Assembly (NCBI RefSeq): GCF_032191835.1
Contig: NC_083232.1
Location: 54,498,001-54,562,000, forward strand
Length of the DNA stretch: 64,000 bases
From: Heteronotia binoei
Taxonomy: Eukaryota
Direction: 5' to 3'
Under the pieces are notes generated by a model. That model made no database searches and had not been told where the DNA came from. It worked only from the letters and a program-made list of their open reading frames with translations. Shown here in pieces: positions 49,300 to 62,050 of this stretch; the stretch's first letter is position 1, and each line of letters begins with the position of its first letter. Made by a program: the position numbers and the translations under genes.

Positions 49300-51403
49300 C
49301 CCTGCTTTTGAGGGCGAGCACCCTTGAATTTGCCTGGAAACCATAACGGTTCCTGTTGTTGCCTGAGTACAATGGTCTGTCAGGCTGAGTGGAGCGAGGT
49401 TGCCACTGCTGTTCAGGTGAGAACTTTTGATAAGGCTTCTTGGCCCACGGTTTGTGCCACTGCTTCGCCTTGGGAGCCCTGGAGGTGGCCTGCACACCCA
49501 GGTTCCTGGAGGTCTTCAAGCTCTTATCTATTTCCTGCAGCGCACTGTCTGTGGTAGTGCTGAAGAGACCATCCCCTCAAAGGGCAAGTCCTCAACAAAG
49601 GCCCTAGTATCTTGCTGCAGGGCGGTTGACCATAGCCAGGAGTGCCGACGAATGTACACAGCGGATGTGATAGCCTTTGCCGACACATCCACCATGTGCT
49701 TTGCTGCAGCCAATTGTTGCTTGGCCACAGCAAAGCCTTCTTTCTGCAGCTTCCTAGCAGCAGCCTTTTTGTCCTCGCTCAGGGAAGAGAGGAGAGGGGT
49801 GAGTTGTTCCCATACGGAGTATTGGTATCTAGCCATGCAAGCCACATAGTTAGATACCTTTACTCCTAGGGCCCCTGCGGAGTAGACCTTTCTTCCCATA
49901 TTGTCCAGCTTTTTTCCCTCCTTGTCCGGTGGGGATGAGTGGACCTTGCGTGCTTTGGAGAAAGAAGAGACGACCACTGAGTTCGGTTTTGGATGGGTGA
50001 AAAGGAACTCAGCCCCTGTCTCCTGGACCCTGTACATGTGGTCCAGCCTTCTGGATGACACCGACGTTGAAGATGGTTTCTTCCAGGGCTCCTTGACTGC
50101 CTGCAAGAATCACTTTGGTGACCAGCAAAGCGATTGCTGTGGATGCGTCTCTTTGCATAATGTCAAAGACATTATCATCCACGACGGGTTGTGGCTGCGT
50201 CACAGGCAGGGAGAGGGAGGTTGCCATCCTCTTCACCAGGTCGCCATAGGACTTCAGATCCTCCGATGGCGAAATAGGAAGATCTTCAGCCGTATGGGAC
50301 CCTGGCGAAGGCTCCAAAGCACTTTCCTCGGTGTCGGTACCGCTCTCTGAGTCCGATGAGGAAGACTCCCGGTGCACAGAGTGCTCAGAGAGGATCGGCG
50401 TCGATTCCCGGATGGGCGAACGGATTGCTGTCGATGGCCGCTGATGAGTCTCAGCCGCTGGGGCGGTGCGCCTCTCCGGAGGGATCGATACCGATGCCGC
50501 TGCTGATGGTCTTCGGGAATGGTGCGAAAGCCTCGACATGCAGGATGCCTCCGACTGTTGATCCCACTCTGCAAACTCCCTCGGTGGGAACCACTGATAT
50601 GGAGGGTAAAGATACGGATAGGTGGGCGGCCATTGACGCTGCTCCCACGATGGTAGTGGTAGTAAATGGCGTGGTGCCATGGAGGGCTCTTGCTCCCGTC
50701 TGCCTCTAGGTTCCATTGGGGTAGACGGGTCCATCGGCGCCAATGCCTCTATTTTGGAGATCGAACCACTCCCACTACGACGCCGCGACCTGGATGACGA
50801 GGATCGCTGAGTGAGGTCGATCTCCTGCTCAGACATCGAGAGACGGGGCTGTTGAGTACTGCCTCTCGATGCCGATGGGCTGTGGCACGGGGACGCCAGG
50901 ATCTTCCTCAGTGGAGCAGAGGTCATCGGTGCCGAAATGTCGCGAGAAGGCGATGGAGTGCGGGGCCTTTTCCGCTTCTCCTTGGACTTGGCCTTCTTCG
51001 GAGCGGATGCTTGGATCCCCGAGTCATCCCGACGCTTCTTGGCGGGCGTGTCCACTGATCCCTCATGGAATCATTTTATGGAGGAGCCTCGCTCGATCGG
51101 CATTTCGGTCACGATCAGGGTCACATCGGCTGATGTGACCGTCGGGGCCGGGGTGTCTGCCATGGTCGATGCCAACGGGCCCGATGCCGATTTCTGAGGG
51201 CAGAGTGCTGACTCAGTTAAAGCCGCCGAAAACCGCGCCGCCCGGTTCTTCCGCGTTTGCTTGGAGAAGCGAAGGCAGTGTGGGCAGGACTCCCCGCGGT
51301 GCGCTTCACCCAAGCAGAGAAGACACAGAGAATGGCCGTCTGGGGCGGCAATCTTCTTCCCATAAGAGCGGCAGCGTTTGAAAACCCCCCAACGTCTTTC
51401 CAT
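49300..51403 (-). pseudogene. DIRS copy 2 gag (Cys/His cluster, LAP2alpha-like region); in-frame TGA at 51071-51073, frameshifts near 50100 and 49530
   Basis: ATG at 51403 gives MERRWGVFKRC...GHSLCLLCLGEAH...CPHC; RRLDHMYRV...FLFTHPKPNSVVVSS...KKLDNMGRKVY; RRHSWL. The 3' limit is approximate. Confidence 0.9.
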
Positions 51404-51992
51404 AGACGCCAATCGCCAAAAAACCCACTCAGAGTCCTCTGAGGGAAAAAAACTTTTGGGGGAAAACAAACAGGGGGAAAGGCCCCGAAGGGCAGTCCAA
51501 CAAACACACACACAAACTTTTTTTTTTTTTTACTAACTATCAAAACTAACTATCTACTCTAAGAAAACAACAAACGGGCTATATACAACGAATAAAGGCA
51601 AAAAACGATATCTCACTGACCGGGGACACGAAAGGTAAACCTCTCTGCGCAGCGGTCAGAAAGGAACTGGCGGAATCCCTGCGCTGGCGCCAGTGAGCAT
51701 GCGTACTGGGACACCTGCGCATGCCCATTGGCGCCGAGCGCAGAAAAATCCTACCAGATACTGATTCGGGGATCAGCGCAGGCGCTCTATCCCATGGGTG
51801 TGAAGCACAGAGACCACGAAGAAGATCTAAATGTTATTTCGCCATCTTGTAAAATGTAGTGTTTTTAATTCTTGATGGTATAGGTAATTTCAATGTTAAT
51901 TTTTGTTTTGTATTATTTATTGTATTTGCTCTGTTGTAAGACACCCTGAGTCCTACTTGCAGGGAAGGGCAGCCTAGTATATCTAAAAATAA

Positions 51993-53510
51993 TAATAATC
52001 TTATAGGACACTTATGAAAGTCTATGAAGTGGTAGTGAACGCTGTAAACAGGGAATTCTACTCAGCCTCCATCACATCCGCTAGCTCACACCCAGCAGAA
52101 TTGTTTATAATAATAATAATAATAATAATAAATTTTTATTTACCAGTATATCCCGCCCTCCCTGCCTAGGCTTAAATCTCTGATACCCCTCATGGAGAGA
52201 AATTGTAAAAATTAGTAATTTAGTCATATTTAGCTGTGAGGCATTTGCAAGCTTTTTTGTGGACAAAGTCTTGACACTCTGCCACAACCTAACCACCAAT
52301 GTTGATACAGTATATGAACCGGATGTCCCCTGGCCACCTCTAGATTTGTTTTTTTGCAACTTCAGCCTGCTCTTCTCTGCAGATGTTGACAGGATCCTGG
52401 GTGCTGTTAGCCAACCATATGCCTCTTGGATCCGTGTCCCTCATGGCTGATGAAAACCAGTGATAAGAGGATACTGGGCCCACTGACAAGATATTATCCA
52501 TCTGTCCCTCGAGACAGCGGGGTATGCAGAGCATCTGAAAGAGGCTGTGGTGGTACTGCTCTTGAAAAATGTCTCTGGATCCTATTGATCCTGCCGCTAC
52601 TACCCATTTTCAAACTTATTATTTCTTGGCAAGGTAACAGAGAGCAGTAGCTGAGCAGCTCCAGAGTTTCCTGGATGACACATCGGCATTGGACCCATTT
52701 CAGTTTGGCTTTTGCCCCAGCCACAGGAAAGAGATGGTGTTGGTCATCCTGACAGATGATCTCTGCAGACAGCTGGATCAAGATGGGTCAGTCCTGCTGC
52801 TGTTGCTCAGTCTCACAACATTCAACATATTTTTTGACCTACTGTCAAACCGACATGGGAGTTTGTGGGGTAGCCCTGAAATGGCTTTTCTCATTTCTCC
52901 TTGATTGGGGACAAAGGGTGGTGCTGGGAGAGAAGGTATCAACTTGGTAGCCCTTAACATGGGGGATTCCTGAAGGGGAAATTCTCTTCCTGATATTACT
53001 TGACATCTATATTCGCCCCCTCACCCAGCTAATGTGGAGTTTTAGGCTGGGGGTGTAATTAGTACATTGATGACACCCAGCTATATCTGTTTCTGGACAG
53101 TCATCCAGATATTGCCCTGCATAATTCTGTTGCAGGTTTGGAGGCCATGGTGGGATGGTTTAAAAAGAGTAGACTAAGACTGAATCCAAAAAAGACAGAT
53201 TTTGTGGCGGGGGGGGGGGGTAGCCTCAAGGTTGGGGCACAGACTCCCCACTCTTGACAGGGTGCTGTTAACACTGGCATAATCCATCAAGAGTTTGGGT
53301 GTGGTCCTGGATACCTCCTTAGCTTTGGAGATCCAGGTCATAAATATTGCCAGGCTGGAGTTTCTCCATCTATGCCAAGTACGGCAATTATCCCCCCTTT
53401 CTTGTTGCACACTGATCTAGCCACAGTAATTCATGCAACAGTCACCTCCAGGCTAGACTACTGTAACCTGCTGTACGCTGACTTGCCCTTGAGACTGACC
53501 CAGAAGCTCC
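51993..53510 (+). mobile_element. Old L2 ORF2 fragment (with an inverted L2 tail inserted at ~52105-52175)
   Basis: DPCPSWLMK, DPFQFGF, LLLLL, SRLDYCNLLY remnants with many stops. Confidence 0.8.
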
Positions 53511-53599
53511 ACTCACTGATTCACTTCCAGGTGAGCCAACAAACAACTGAAAGGTTCTTTAAACATCCAGCCTTCCAAATATAAACAAGACAAAATTAT

Positions 53600-55000
53600 C
53601 AGAATTCTCCCTTTATATAACTTGCCTACCCACTCCCATGTGTAAACCAGGAAAACTTATGCTGCAGTTATGTCATGCCTAACCCAATTCCTAGGTTTGT
53701 TGGTTGGAAGCCTCTCAGGCCTACACTCATGCCCAGTTGTGAATCATCTTGATCTGGGATCAATTCTTTCAGGCTATGCCATATGACATCGGTGCTTTAA
53801 TTCAAGCCTGCAGTCCTGCCCCACTAAGTGATATGACATTGTTTGCTGACCAGCTGGCAGCTACGTTTCAGTATGAGCAAAAGGGGCTGAAGCAAAAAAA
53901 AGCCTGGTGCAGAGATAAAGGATGGACAGTGACTCAAATGCTTGGAGGTGAGCAGTTGAGTGAGTTTTGCTAACCTGGCAGGCAGAGTCCTGTGTCCCTC
54001 CAGGGCAACAGACCAGGAGCCACCTCTACCACAGTAATGGAATGTCGTCACTGCCATGAGAAGGGACACCTCAGATGTGACTGCCCAAAGCTGGTGCCAA
54101 AGGAGAAGGAAGACAGCCTCTTACTCAAAGTGAGGTATGTGACAGAGGAAACTGTGGAGACTTGGGAGTCAGAGAGGGAAGAAACCCAAGATGCTGAGAT
54201 TCTTCTAGTCACCATGGTGAAGAAAACAAGCAGTACAAAGTCCAGAGGCCTCAGACCAAGCAGATCCAGCAACAGAGGGCAGGACTGACAGCTCAAGAGG
54301 ATGGCAGTGCTGCAGCTTCCTTGGAGAGCGAAGTGTCAGGGGAGGGGGGCAATGATTATAGTGGCACCTTACAAATTGATTGTCCCACCATCCCAGAAGA
54401 AATGGCTAAAATATCTGAGGAGTTATATTATTGTTATTGGTGGTGACAGAATACTCTTGGGGTTTATTGAAACTGGCAGTGACTTCAGTTCCATACCTAG
54501 AAGTGTGTTGGAAAAGTTTCCATTCACATCTATGTCTCTCAGATTTCCAATCAACCTATGGCTCTTATACAGGTGTGCTTCAGAGACTGTGAGAGGAAAC
54601 TTCCAGTGTTAGTTCACTCAAACGGGGACAATAAATTCCTAACTGGAGACCTAATGTATTGACATGCTATGTTACAAAGGACTGAAGCACCAGCTCAGTA
54701 AAGGGATCGCCTCACAGCCAGGCAAAAGATATAAAGAAGGCAGCCCTTCCAGTGGAGCCAATGCCAGTACAGCTTTCCAAGCTGAAGAGAAAGAGAGGCA
54801 GGAGATGGACTCCACAAAGGAATTATTGACAGTGGAGGTTTCCCATTGGGGAGGGGGAGACAGTGGACAGCCCCCTTGGTGGAGCCTCTGAAAGAAGAAC
54901 TTCTGCAAGCTGAAAGAAGAACTTCGGCAAGCAAGCTCTAATCCATTCTCAGAAAAGCCAGCCTGAGCTGGGAATTGTAGCAAAGGGGAAGATCAGGGGA
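53600..55000 (+). mobile_element. Gypsy/Gmr1-like LTR retrotransposon gag-protease remnant
   Basis: DQFFQAMPYDIGALIQACSP (capsid/SCAN-like); CRHCHEKGHLRCDC CCHC knuckle at 54043-54084; LGFIETGSDFS (degenerate DTG protease motif). Confidence 0.65.
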
Positions 55001-55794
55001 TTTAAGGCATTCAACACTTTCAAGGGTAATTATAAAAATAAACTTCACATATTTTTACAAGAATTGTTTTCTTGTGTGCACTAGCTCTGGGAACCCACAG
55101 GGTTCAGGCTTTGACTCCTACATACAAGCCTTGGGCTTTTCTTCTATGCAATTTCTACATGATCCACTGTGAACAATTTTATTAAATGAATGTTCGCTTT
55201 TTTTCTCAATTATATTGAGACAGCCTTGTTTGTTTCTAACAATAGTATATATCAGAGGTACTTATTTGTTTCTAACTACAGTAGTATCAGAGGCACAAGT
55301 AAAAAGTTGGGTTTTCATGATAATCTGCATGTTACTACCTTATTATTTTGATTCTACTGAACTTTGCTTCTGGAAGCATGGCATGATGCTATGGAAGTAA
55401 CTAATGAGAAGAATAACTATTTAAAAAGGCAAAGAGTTTCTATTTATAAAAGTTGCCACAATGCTAATATTTACAGGGAAGAAAATCACAGATGAACCTT
55501 CAGTCACACAGCAAAGTTGCAATGTGTTTAAGAATTTATTGTTAGAATACATTCGCCCCCCTCCATTCTCACACCCCTCCACCCCTTTTCAAACGCCCAG
55601 GATTAATTGCTTTAAAAAGTCATTTAGAAGGACTTGTTATTCAAACATGCAAAATATCTCTCCAACCCCTTTAAGAATTTGCATGCTTGGGAGGAAGGAG
55701 GGAACAAGGGGGGGATGCAAAAGTGACCCCCCTACACACACACTAGTTTATCTTCTTAAAGTAGTCCCTTTAAAATTCAAACATGAATGCCTAC

Positions 55795-55843
55795 CTCCCA
55801 TTGCAAGTGTGGTGGGATGTTTCTGATCTGAAGTTTTCGACTC
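55795..55843 (-). CDS. IGF2BP3: IGF2BP3 coding exon 3 (49 bp; (R)SRKLQIRNIPPHLQWE, start of RRM2)
   Basis: Minus strand: tttcttaccattcctag|G AGT CGA AAA CTT CAG ATC AGA AAC ATC CCA CCA CAC TTG CAA TGG GAG|gtaggc. Peptide matches the IGF2BP family, and the phase joins the next exon. Confidence 0.96.
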
Positions 55844-57751
55844 CTAGGAATGGTAAGAAAGAACAAGAGAGAAAGAGAATCTTAAAACACAAACATTAAA
55901 ACAACTGAACAAAATCAGTGCTACAAAGGAACAACAGCAGCACAAATTAATGTATGCCCTATTTCAAACCGCTTTAAGTTTTTTTTTAAGTTAATTGGAC
56001 AGATACTTGAAAGCTATTGCTCTTCACAACAGTCACAGAAGAATATGCAAAAGCTTTTGCTTCAAGATTACCAGTTCTTACCTCAAAATACTTAAGCACT
56101 GTATTAATTGCTTTTTAACCTGGAAAAACTATAACCAGAGGTTTTTTATGCTCAAAAATGTCTTCTGCATATGAAATTATGCCCATTCTTATAAAAGGCA
56201 TTCAGCTTAATTTACGCTTCAGTTCCTAACATTCCACCAAGGTTTCAAACCAGTATTGTATTTCAGCAATATTGCCAGTACACAAGGATTTGTTTTGCAA
56301 TTCCTACAACAAATACTAACTAGCCACATCCTAAACTGATTAACAGCCAAGTAGTTTGCATCCTCACTTCTTAACCCTACCCCCATTTTACCTAAAGCAG
56401 AACAAATAGACACCAAAGATGCTACCCAACCTGCAGAATTTTCAAGGATGTATAGATTAAGTCAGTATACACCACACAGGTAGTGTAGGCATTTTCTCAG
56501 GGCTGGAAGGTTATTCTTACAACAAGAACTCAGAAAAACAAAATAAGAAGCATTCTTGGGGTAGAGGGAAATGCAACTGCACCAGTACAAAATACACTAC
56601 ATTTCATTAAGATCCACAGCCAATAAAGGGATTAAAGCTGGAAACAAGTTCATCCATGTACTATTCTGGTTTAAATTTTGTTTTATTTATTTCATTTATG
56701 CCTCACTCTTCTTGTTGAACCTGGACCCCCTTGATCTTAGTCTAACTCTCAAATAAGTGGTTGTGTTGAAATCCGATTAGATAGTTTTAAAATTCAGGAG
56801 ATTTATGTTCTGAACAATGAAACAACATTTTGTAATTTGAGCTGAGATCACCAGAAACTTCTCTTGGGCAAGCCCTGCTGAAACAAGGAATTCCAACGAG
56901 AAACTCTAGATGTGCTCTGTGAAACTTTAGCTTATTCTTATAGTTTTTTTTAAAGGACCAGAATTACTCTATTCTCTTGCCTAATTAGATCTGATTAAAT
57001 ATTCTTAAAACTGATACAGCAATAATTCTGAAGATAAATTCAATTAGTTACATGAATATGGATTTTTCAACATATCAGTATTTAATACTCAATGAACCCA
57101 ATTAATCTTTTCCACAACAAGAATGTTCACATCACTGAAAGAAATGCTAGTTAGTAAGAGATTAAAAGGAGCTCTGCAACGAAGATTTTGCAATCAAATG
57201 CTATATTCAAAATTTATTTGTAGTTGTAAGGCTGCTCTGGATTTATTCTCTCATACTATTTCAATTCAAAAAGCAACACACTCCAACATTACAAAGACAG
57301 GGAAATAAAAGGATGCTATTAATATATCTAGTTTTTAGCACAATTGGCATGCATTCAATTCATTGCTTTCTCAAAATATCTCTAAGCATGTTTTTCTTAT
57401 ACAGTATAAATTCTCAGGCAAAAGCTACAAAGCCCATTATTGTTGGAAGCCAATTCACAGCATCAAAATCATTACAATTATTTGAAGCCTTGTATGGTGT
57501 AATTAAACCTTATTGCCAAGACCACCATATGGACAAAGATCAGTCTCACTGAAATATCCATTGCAATTTTCCATAAGGCTGTCAACAAATTCAACTCATA
57601 CCTGGTATCCATCAAAAACAGGTTGCTTACCTGTAACTGATGACCTTCAAGAGGTCACCTGTGCATTCACACCCATGGGATTAGGGTGCCTGAGTCGATC
57701 CTGATTGGTAACCTAGCAAGCTCAAGGAACTTTTGCACCCTAACCCCTGGG

Positions 57752-58054
57752 AAGGTAGCCCCGTGGCGCAGAGTGGTAAAGCTGCAGTACTGCAGTCCTA
57801 AGCTCTGCTCATGACCTGAGCGGAAACTGGTAGAAACTGAGTTCAGGTAGCCGGCTAAAGATTGACTCAGTCTGCCATCCTTCCGAGGTTGGTAAAATGA
57901 GTATCAGCTTGCTGGGGGGGAGGGGGGAAGTGTAGATAACTGGGGAAGGCAATGGCAAACCACCCTGTAAAAAGTCTGCCGTGAAAACACTGTGATGCAA
58001 TATCACCCCAGAGTCGGAAATGACTGGTGCTTGCACAGGGGATTACCTTTACCT
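57752..58054 (+). mobile_element. Sauria-type SINE nested in the DIRS copy 3 ITR
   Basis: ccgtggcgcagagtggtaaagctgcagtactgcag head; gggaaggcaatggcaaaccacc core; (accttt)n tail. Confidence 0.88.
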
Positions 58055-58611
58055 CGGCAGTATGTGCAGATCCCCCACCATGCACGGTGGGCATGGACAT
58101 CCTGCCAGTTCCTTCTGAGTGCTGTGTAATCTGAAGAGATTGAGGACCGACAGCAATGGGGAAGGAAGGCAGATGGTGTGAATGCACAGATGACCACTCA
58201 AAGATCATCAGTTACAGGTAAGCAACCTATTTATCTTCTTTGTGGTCTCTGTACATCACACCTATGGGAAATTAGCAAGCTATGGCCTACCTAGAGGAGG
58301 GTGCTGGTGGGAACTCAGGTTCAAATAGAATGCAAGACCAAGTGCCCCATCACTGAACGCTGGTGCAGACAGACATCAAGGGCATAATGCTTCATGAAGG
58401 TATGTGGTGATTCCAAGGTGGCAGCTTTGCAGAGCTCATCCAATGGTGTGCCTTTAAGGAATGCTCTTGATGTGGCCAGCGCTCTAGTGAAATGGCCACA
58501 GACTGGTCCAGGAAGCTGTCATTTGGCCAAGAGATAGCACAATTTAATCATCTCAGTTAGCCGCTTACAAAGTCTCTGGCATGATCTTTTTCAGCCTTGT
58601 TTTTGAGGTGT

Positions 58612-58712
58612 CCCATGGCGCAGAGTGTTAAAGCTGCAGTACTGCAGTCCTATGCTCTGCTCACAACCTGAGTTCAATCCCCAGTGGAATCTGCTTTTCA
58701 GGTAGCCGGCTC
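58612..58712 (+). mobile_element. Sauria SINE 5' fragment at the DIRS copy 3 deletion junction
   Basis: ccatggcgcagagtgttaaagctgcagtactgcag...caggtagccggctcaag. Confidence 0.8.
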
Positions 58713-59424
58713 AAGTAGGTCCAGAGGAGGGGGGAGGGAGACTGGAAGAGCCAAAATGTAAAGTTAAAGGCCTGTCTGGGCACTCTGGAACCCTTGGGCC
58801 TGGCCAACTGGGAATCTGGCAGAGAAAATTAGGACATTACTGAAAGATGGTCTGGATGAAGGCTGAGAAGATCTTGGTCTCCAGGACGGTTCCGAAGACT
58901 GTTTCTAGAAAGGGCGTCTGGACAATGGTTTGGTCCAGGGTTTGTCTTTGGAAGATCGTGATGAGGAAGAGGCCCCTAGGTTTCTGGATGTCTTAATGCT
59001 CTTATCCTTCTCTTGTAGGACAGCATCTGTGACCATCACCTTCAAAAAGTAAGTATTCCACACAAACTTTGGTGTCTGGCTGGAGAGAAGCTGAGCAAAG
59101 CATTGCATGATGCCTGAGTGTGATGGTGAGTGCAAGTGTCTTTATAAAGATGTCAACAATGTATTTAGAAGAATTTTGCTGTTGTTTGGCTAGAAGCATC
59201 CCTTTTTTATGGATGCATTTAGCAGGGAGCACTTCTCCTTTGGTAAGGCAGCTATGGTTTTAGATAATTGTTCCCACAAGACATACTGGTATCTGCCCAT
59301 GCAGGCAGAATTGTTGGATGCTTTGATACCAAGAGCTCCATCAGAGTAACATTTCCTAACCAGGGCACTGAGTTTCTTATCCTCTCTGTCAGATGGTGTT
59401 GAGTGGGTTTGATATGCTTTAGAT

Positions 59425-60604
59425 TGGCGTTTCCCAATTGCAGGGTCAGGACCCGGCACTGGGGCATGCAGGGCTAATGCCGGGCCTCGGGGCCTCCCAT
59501 TCCCTGGCTGCCACCCCCCACGCCATAGCACCCACCCCGCGCCATAGCATCCCCGCCTCCTCCTCCCTCCCCCACCGCTGGTAAATTTCCGACTTTATAA
59601 AGCTCCCCCCCTCCCGCCGACCATCTCCTCAGTGAGGAAAACGGAGCTGAGATAATTCAGCGCTGAGGAATGCCACTGGCATTTCGAAGGGACCGTGCCT
59701 GGAAAGGGCGCATGGCTGATTCCTCCCCCACATGCCGGAAATATACCAGTGGTGGGGAAGGGAGGGAGGGAGAAGGAGGAGCTTGTGCAGTGAGAATCAG
59801 CATTTCTAAAAGTGAGTTGCTCCCATCCGTTTTTCTTTCCCTTTCTTTCTTCCTTTTGTCCCTTTCTTCCACTCCCTCCTTCCCCTTTCCTTCCTTCATA
59901 TTTGCTTTCTCTTTCTTTTTTCCTCTATTTGTTTCCAACTCTCTCCCTCTCCCTCCCTTCTCTCTCTCTTTCTTTCTGTCAGTCTTTTCCCATCCCCCCC
60001 TCTTTCTGTCAGTTAGTCTTTCTCCCTGTCTTCCTCTCTCTCTTTCTGTCAGTCTTTTCTCCTTCCTTCCTTCCCATTGCTAATCTGAGTAGACTTGGGG
60101 GGGGGGGGGAGATGCCCTGCCATTTCATGTTTTCCCAGCACTGCCATTTCAGGTTTCTTTCTTTCTTCTTCCTCCCTCCTTTCTCTCTTTCACTCTCTCT
60201 CTCTTCCTTTGCTTGTTTGCTTATTTCTTTCTGTCAGGCTTTTCCCCTGTCTCTCTCCTTCCTTCCTTCCATCCTTGCCATTGCTAATCTGAGTAGATCT
60301 TTGGGGGGGGGGGGAGAAGCTTGAATTGCCCTATTTCATGTTTTCCCAGGATGAGAGCATTTTATATTTTTCGTTTTCTGCTGTGTGATCCTTGTGCTTC
60401 TTCTTGATTTTTTATTTTTAAAATTGCATTGAAAAATTCTACCATCTCCTACTTTTCCTAAAAAATATATTGCAAGAGTTTTAGGCTTGTTTGTACATCA
60501 TTTCCTGTCTCCCGGCTCCACCCCAAAATTTTAGTGGGCCACGAAGGAGAAGTGTAAAAATAACTGGGCCATGGGGGGGGGGGGGTGGAGTTTGGGAAAC
60601 GTTG
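59425..60604. mobile_element. Non-autonomous hAT (Charlie-like) element inserted in DIRS copy 3 gag; pyrimidine-rich interior
   Basis: Exact 8-bp TSD ctttagat at 59417-59424 and 60605-60612; termini tggcgtttcccaa / ttgggaaacgttg; gag reads FLFTPPKPNSIVVSSSS|KAYQTHS across the TSD. Confidence 0.85.
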
Positions 60605-62050
60605 CTTTAGATGAAGAGGAAACAACAATGGAGTTGGGCTTTGGGGGAGTGAAAAGAAACTATGCCAGTTTCCTGGACTCATTACACATGCTCAAGCCTG
60701 TGTGATGAGACGGGTGGAAGCCAGTTTAGTCCAGGAGGCCTTATTTGCTTGCAAGACAACAATGGTGACTGGCAGGGAAATGGCTGTGGAAGTATCCAGC
60801 TGGAAAAAGTCAAATAACATGTCTGTAATGGCAGGTTGTGGATCGACTGTGGTGAGAATCAGCGTGTAGCCCATAAGTTTGATAAGATCACCATAGGATT
60901 TGTTTTTGGAAGACCATGTCCTCCTTGCTTTTTTTAACAGGCATGAAGGACTCCAACTTGAAAGCTGAACCTGGTTATTTTGGAGGGCGGTCAGTGCTGG
61001 AGTATGAGTGTAAGAGCCATGGTCTCCCAAACTCGATTTGACTATAGATGTCAATTGTTGGGTTGTGGCATCAACTGGTAGCGAAGATGTTGACACCATT
61101 GGTCAGTGAGAGGGCAGATTCTAACAATGCTGCAGAAAGGTGGGCAGCTTGAGTTTTGGAGAATCTAGCACAATGAGGGCATGAGTCGATGCAGTGTGCT
61201 TTGCCAAGGGAGGAGAAGGAAGAAGAGAAACAACGCAGAGAGTGGCCATTGGGCAGTTGAATTTTACTCCTGTACTTCATGCAGCACTTAGAGAAGCTCC
61301 AAAGGGCAGTGAAATAAAGCCTCTCTAACTTTTTTTTGTTAGTCAGACAAAAGAGAAGGAGGATACAGGAGGTGGAAGAGAAGGTGAGAAATAATGAAGA
61401 AAAAAGATAGAAAAAGGTTCACAGATAGCGGCAATGGAGATCAATGTTTACGCTCATCCTGGTTAGCACGTGCGATGGGGCTTCTGCACATGCTCCTGGG
61501 GGTTAGGGTACAAATATCCCTTGAACTTCACAGGTTACTGATTGGGATTGGCACAGGTGCCCTAATTCCATGAGTGTGATGTACAGAGACCACAAAGATC
61601 GTATTATTCAAAACAGATCTTACATAGCACTGAAATGTTCCACTTTCCAGAACAAAACTATGCACACCTTCCCTTCCAGATACCACTGATCAATTTTCCT
61701 TTAAAGTCTTTCCCATATTATTACAAGCAATAAAATTGCATTCACTGTCACATAGTGGCCAAGTGCCATCTTTAATGTTGGATTTGTAATGGATCCGTAA
61801 TGGATCCAGTTGTGGACTCATTTTTAATGGATCAACTGTGATTTTAATAATTATTTTTTCTCTTCCTTCAGCATTACAATGTCAGAGATTTACAACATAT
61901 GTTCAAGAAGAGACCAGAAGTTTATAGGAATGCTATATGTTGTAATTGGCCACTTTTGATTTGCTTATGACTATGAAGCATGCTTGAAAGAATTCTGAAC
62001 TAATGGATTAGGATCTTTACAGATTCTCTCAATGTCACCATTTAGATTAA

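Larger units (their letters stand above)
45939..51826 (-). mobile_element. DIRS1-type retrotransposon, copy 2 (5888 bp, near full length, inactivated)
   Basis: ITRs at ~45984-46150 and ~51655-51808. ICR 46202-46295 matches the left end 58/59 and the right end 36/37. All DIRS coding modules are present, with AT at both boundaries. Confidence 0.97.
57614..61599 (-). mobile_element. DIRS1-type retrotransposon, copy 3 (RT/RH/MT deleted; three nested insertions)
   Basis: Left end aaacaggttgcttacctg, ICR at 58176-58269, recombinase C-terminus ~58380-58590 (HFTRALA, FMKHYAL), gag at 58720-59424 and 60605-61260, right end tgatgtacagagaccacaaagat. Confidence 0.9.

Noticed and set aside
59670-60324. 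137-aa and 170-aa ORFs
   Set aside because: Low-complexity F/L/S/P translations of the TC-rich interior of a hAT element.
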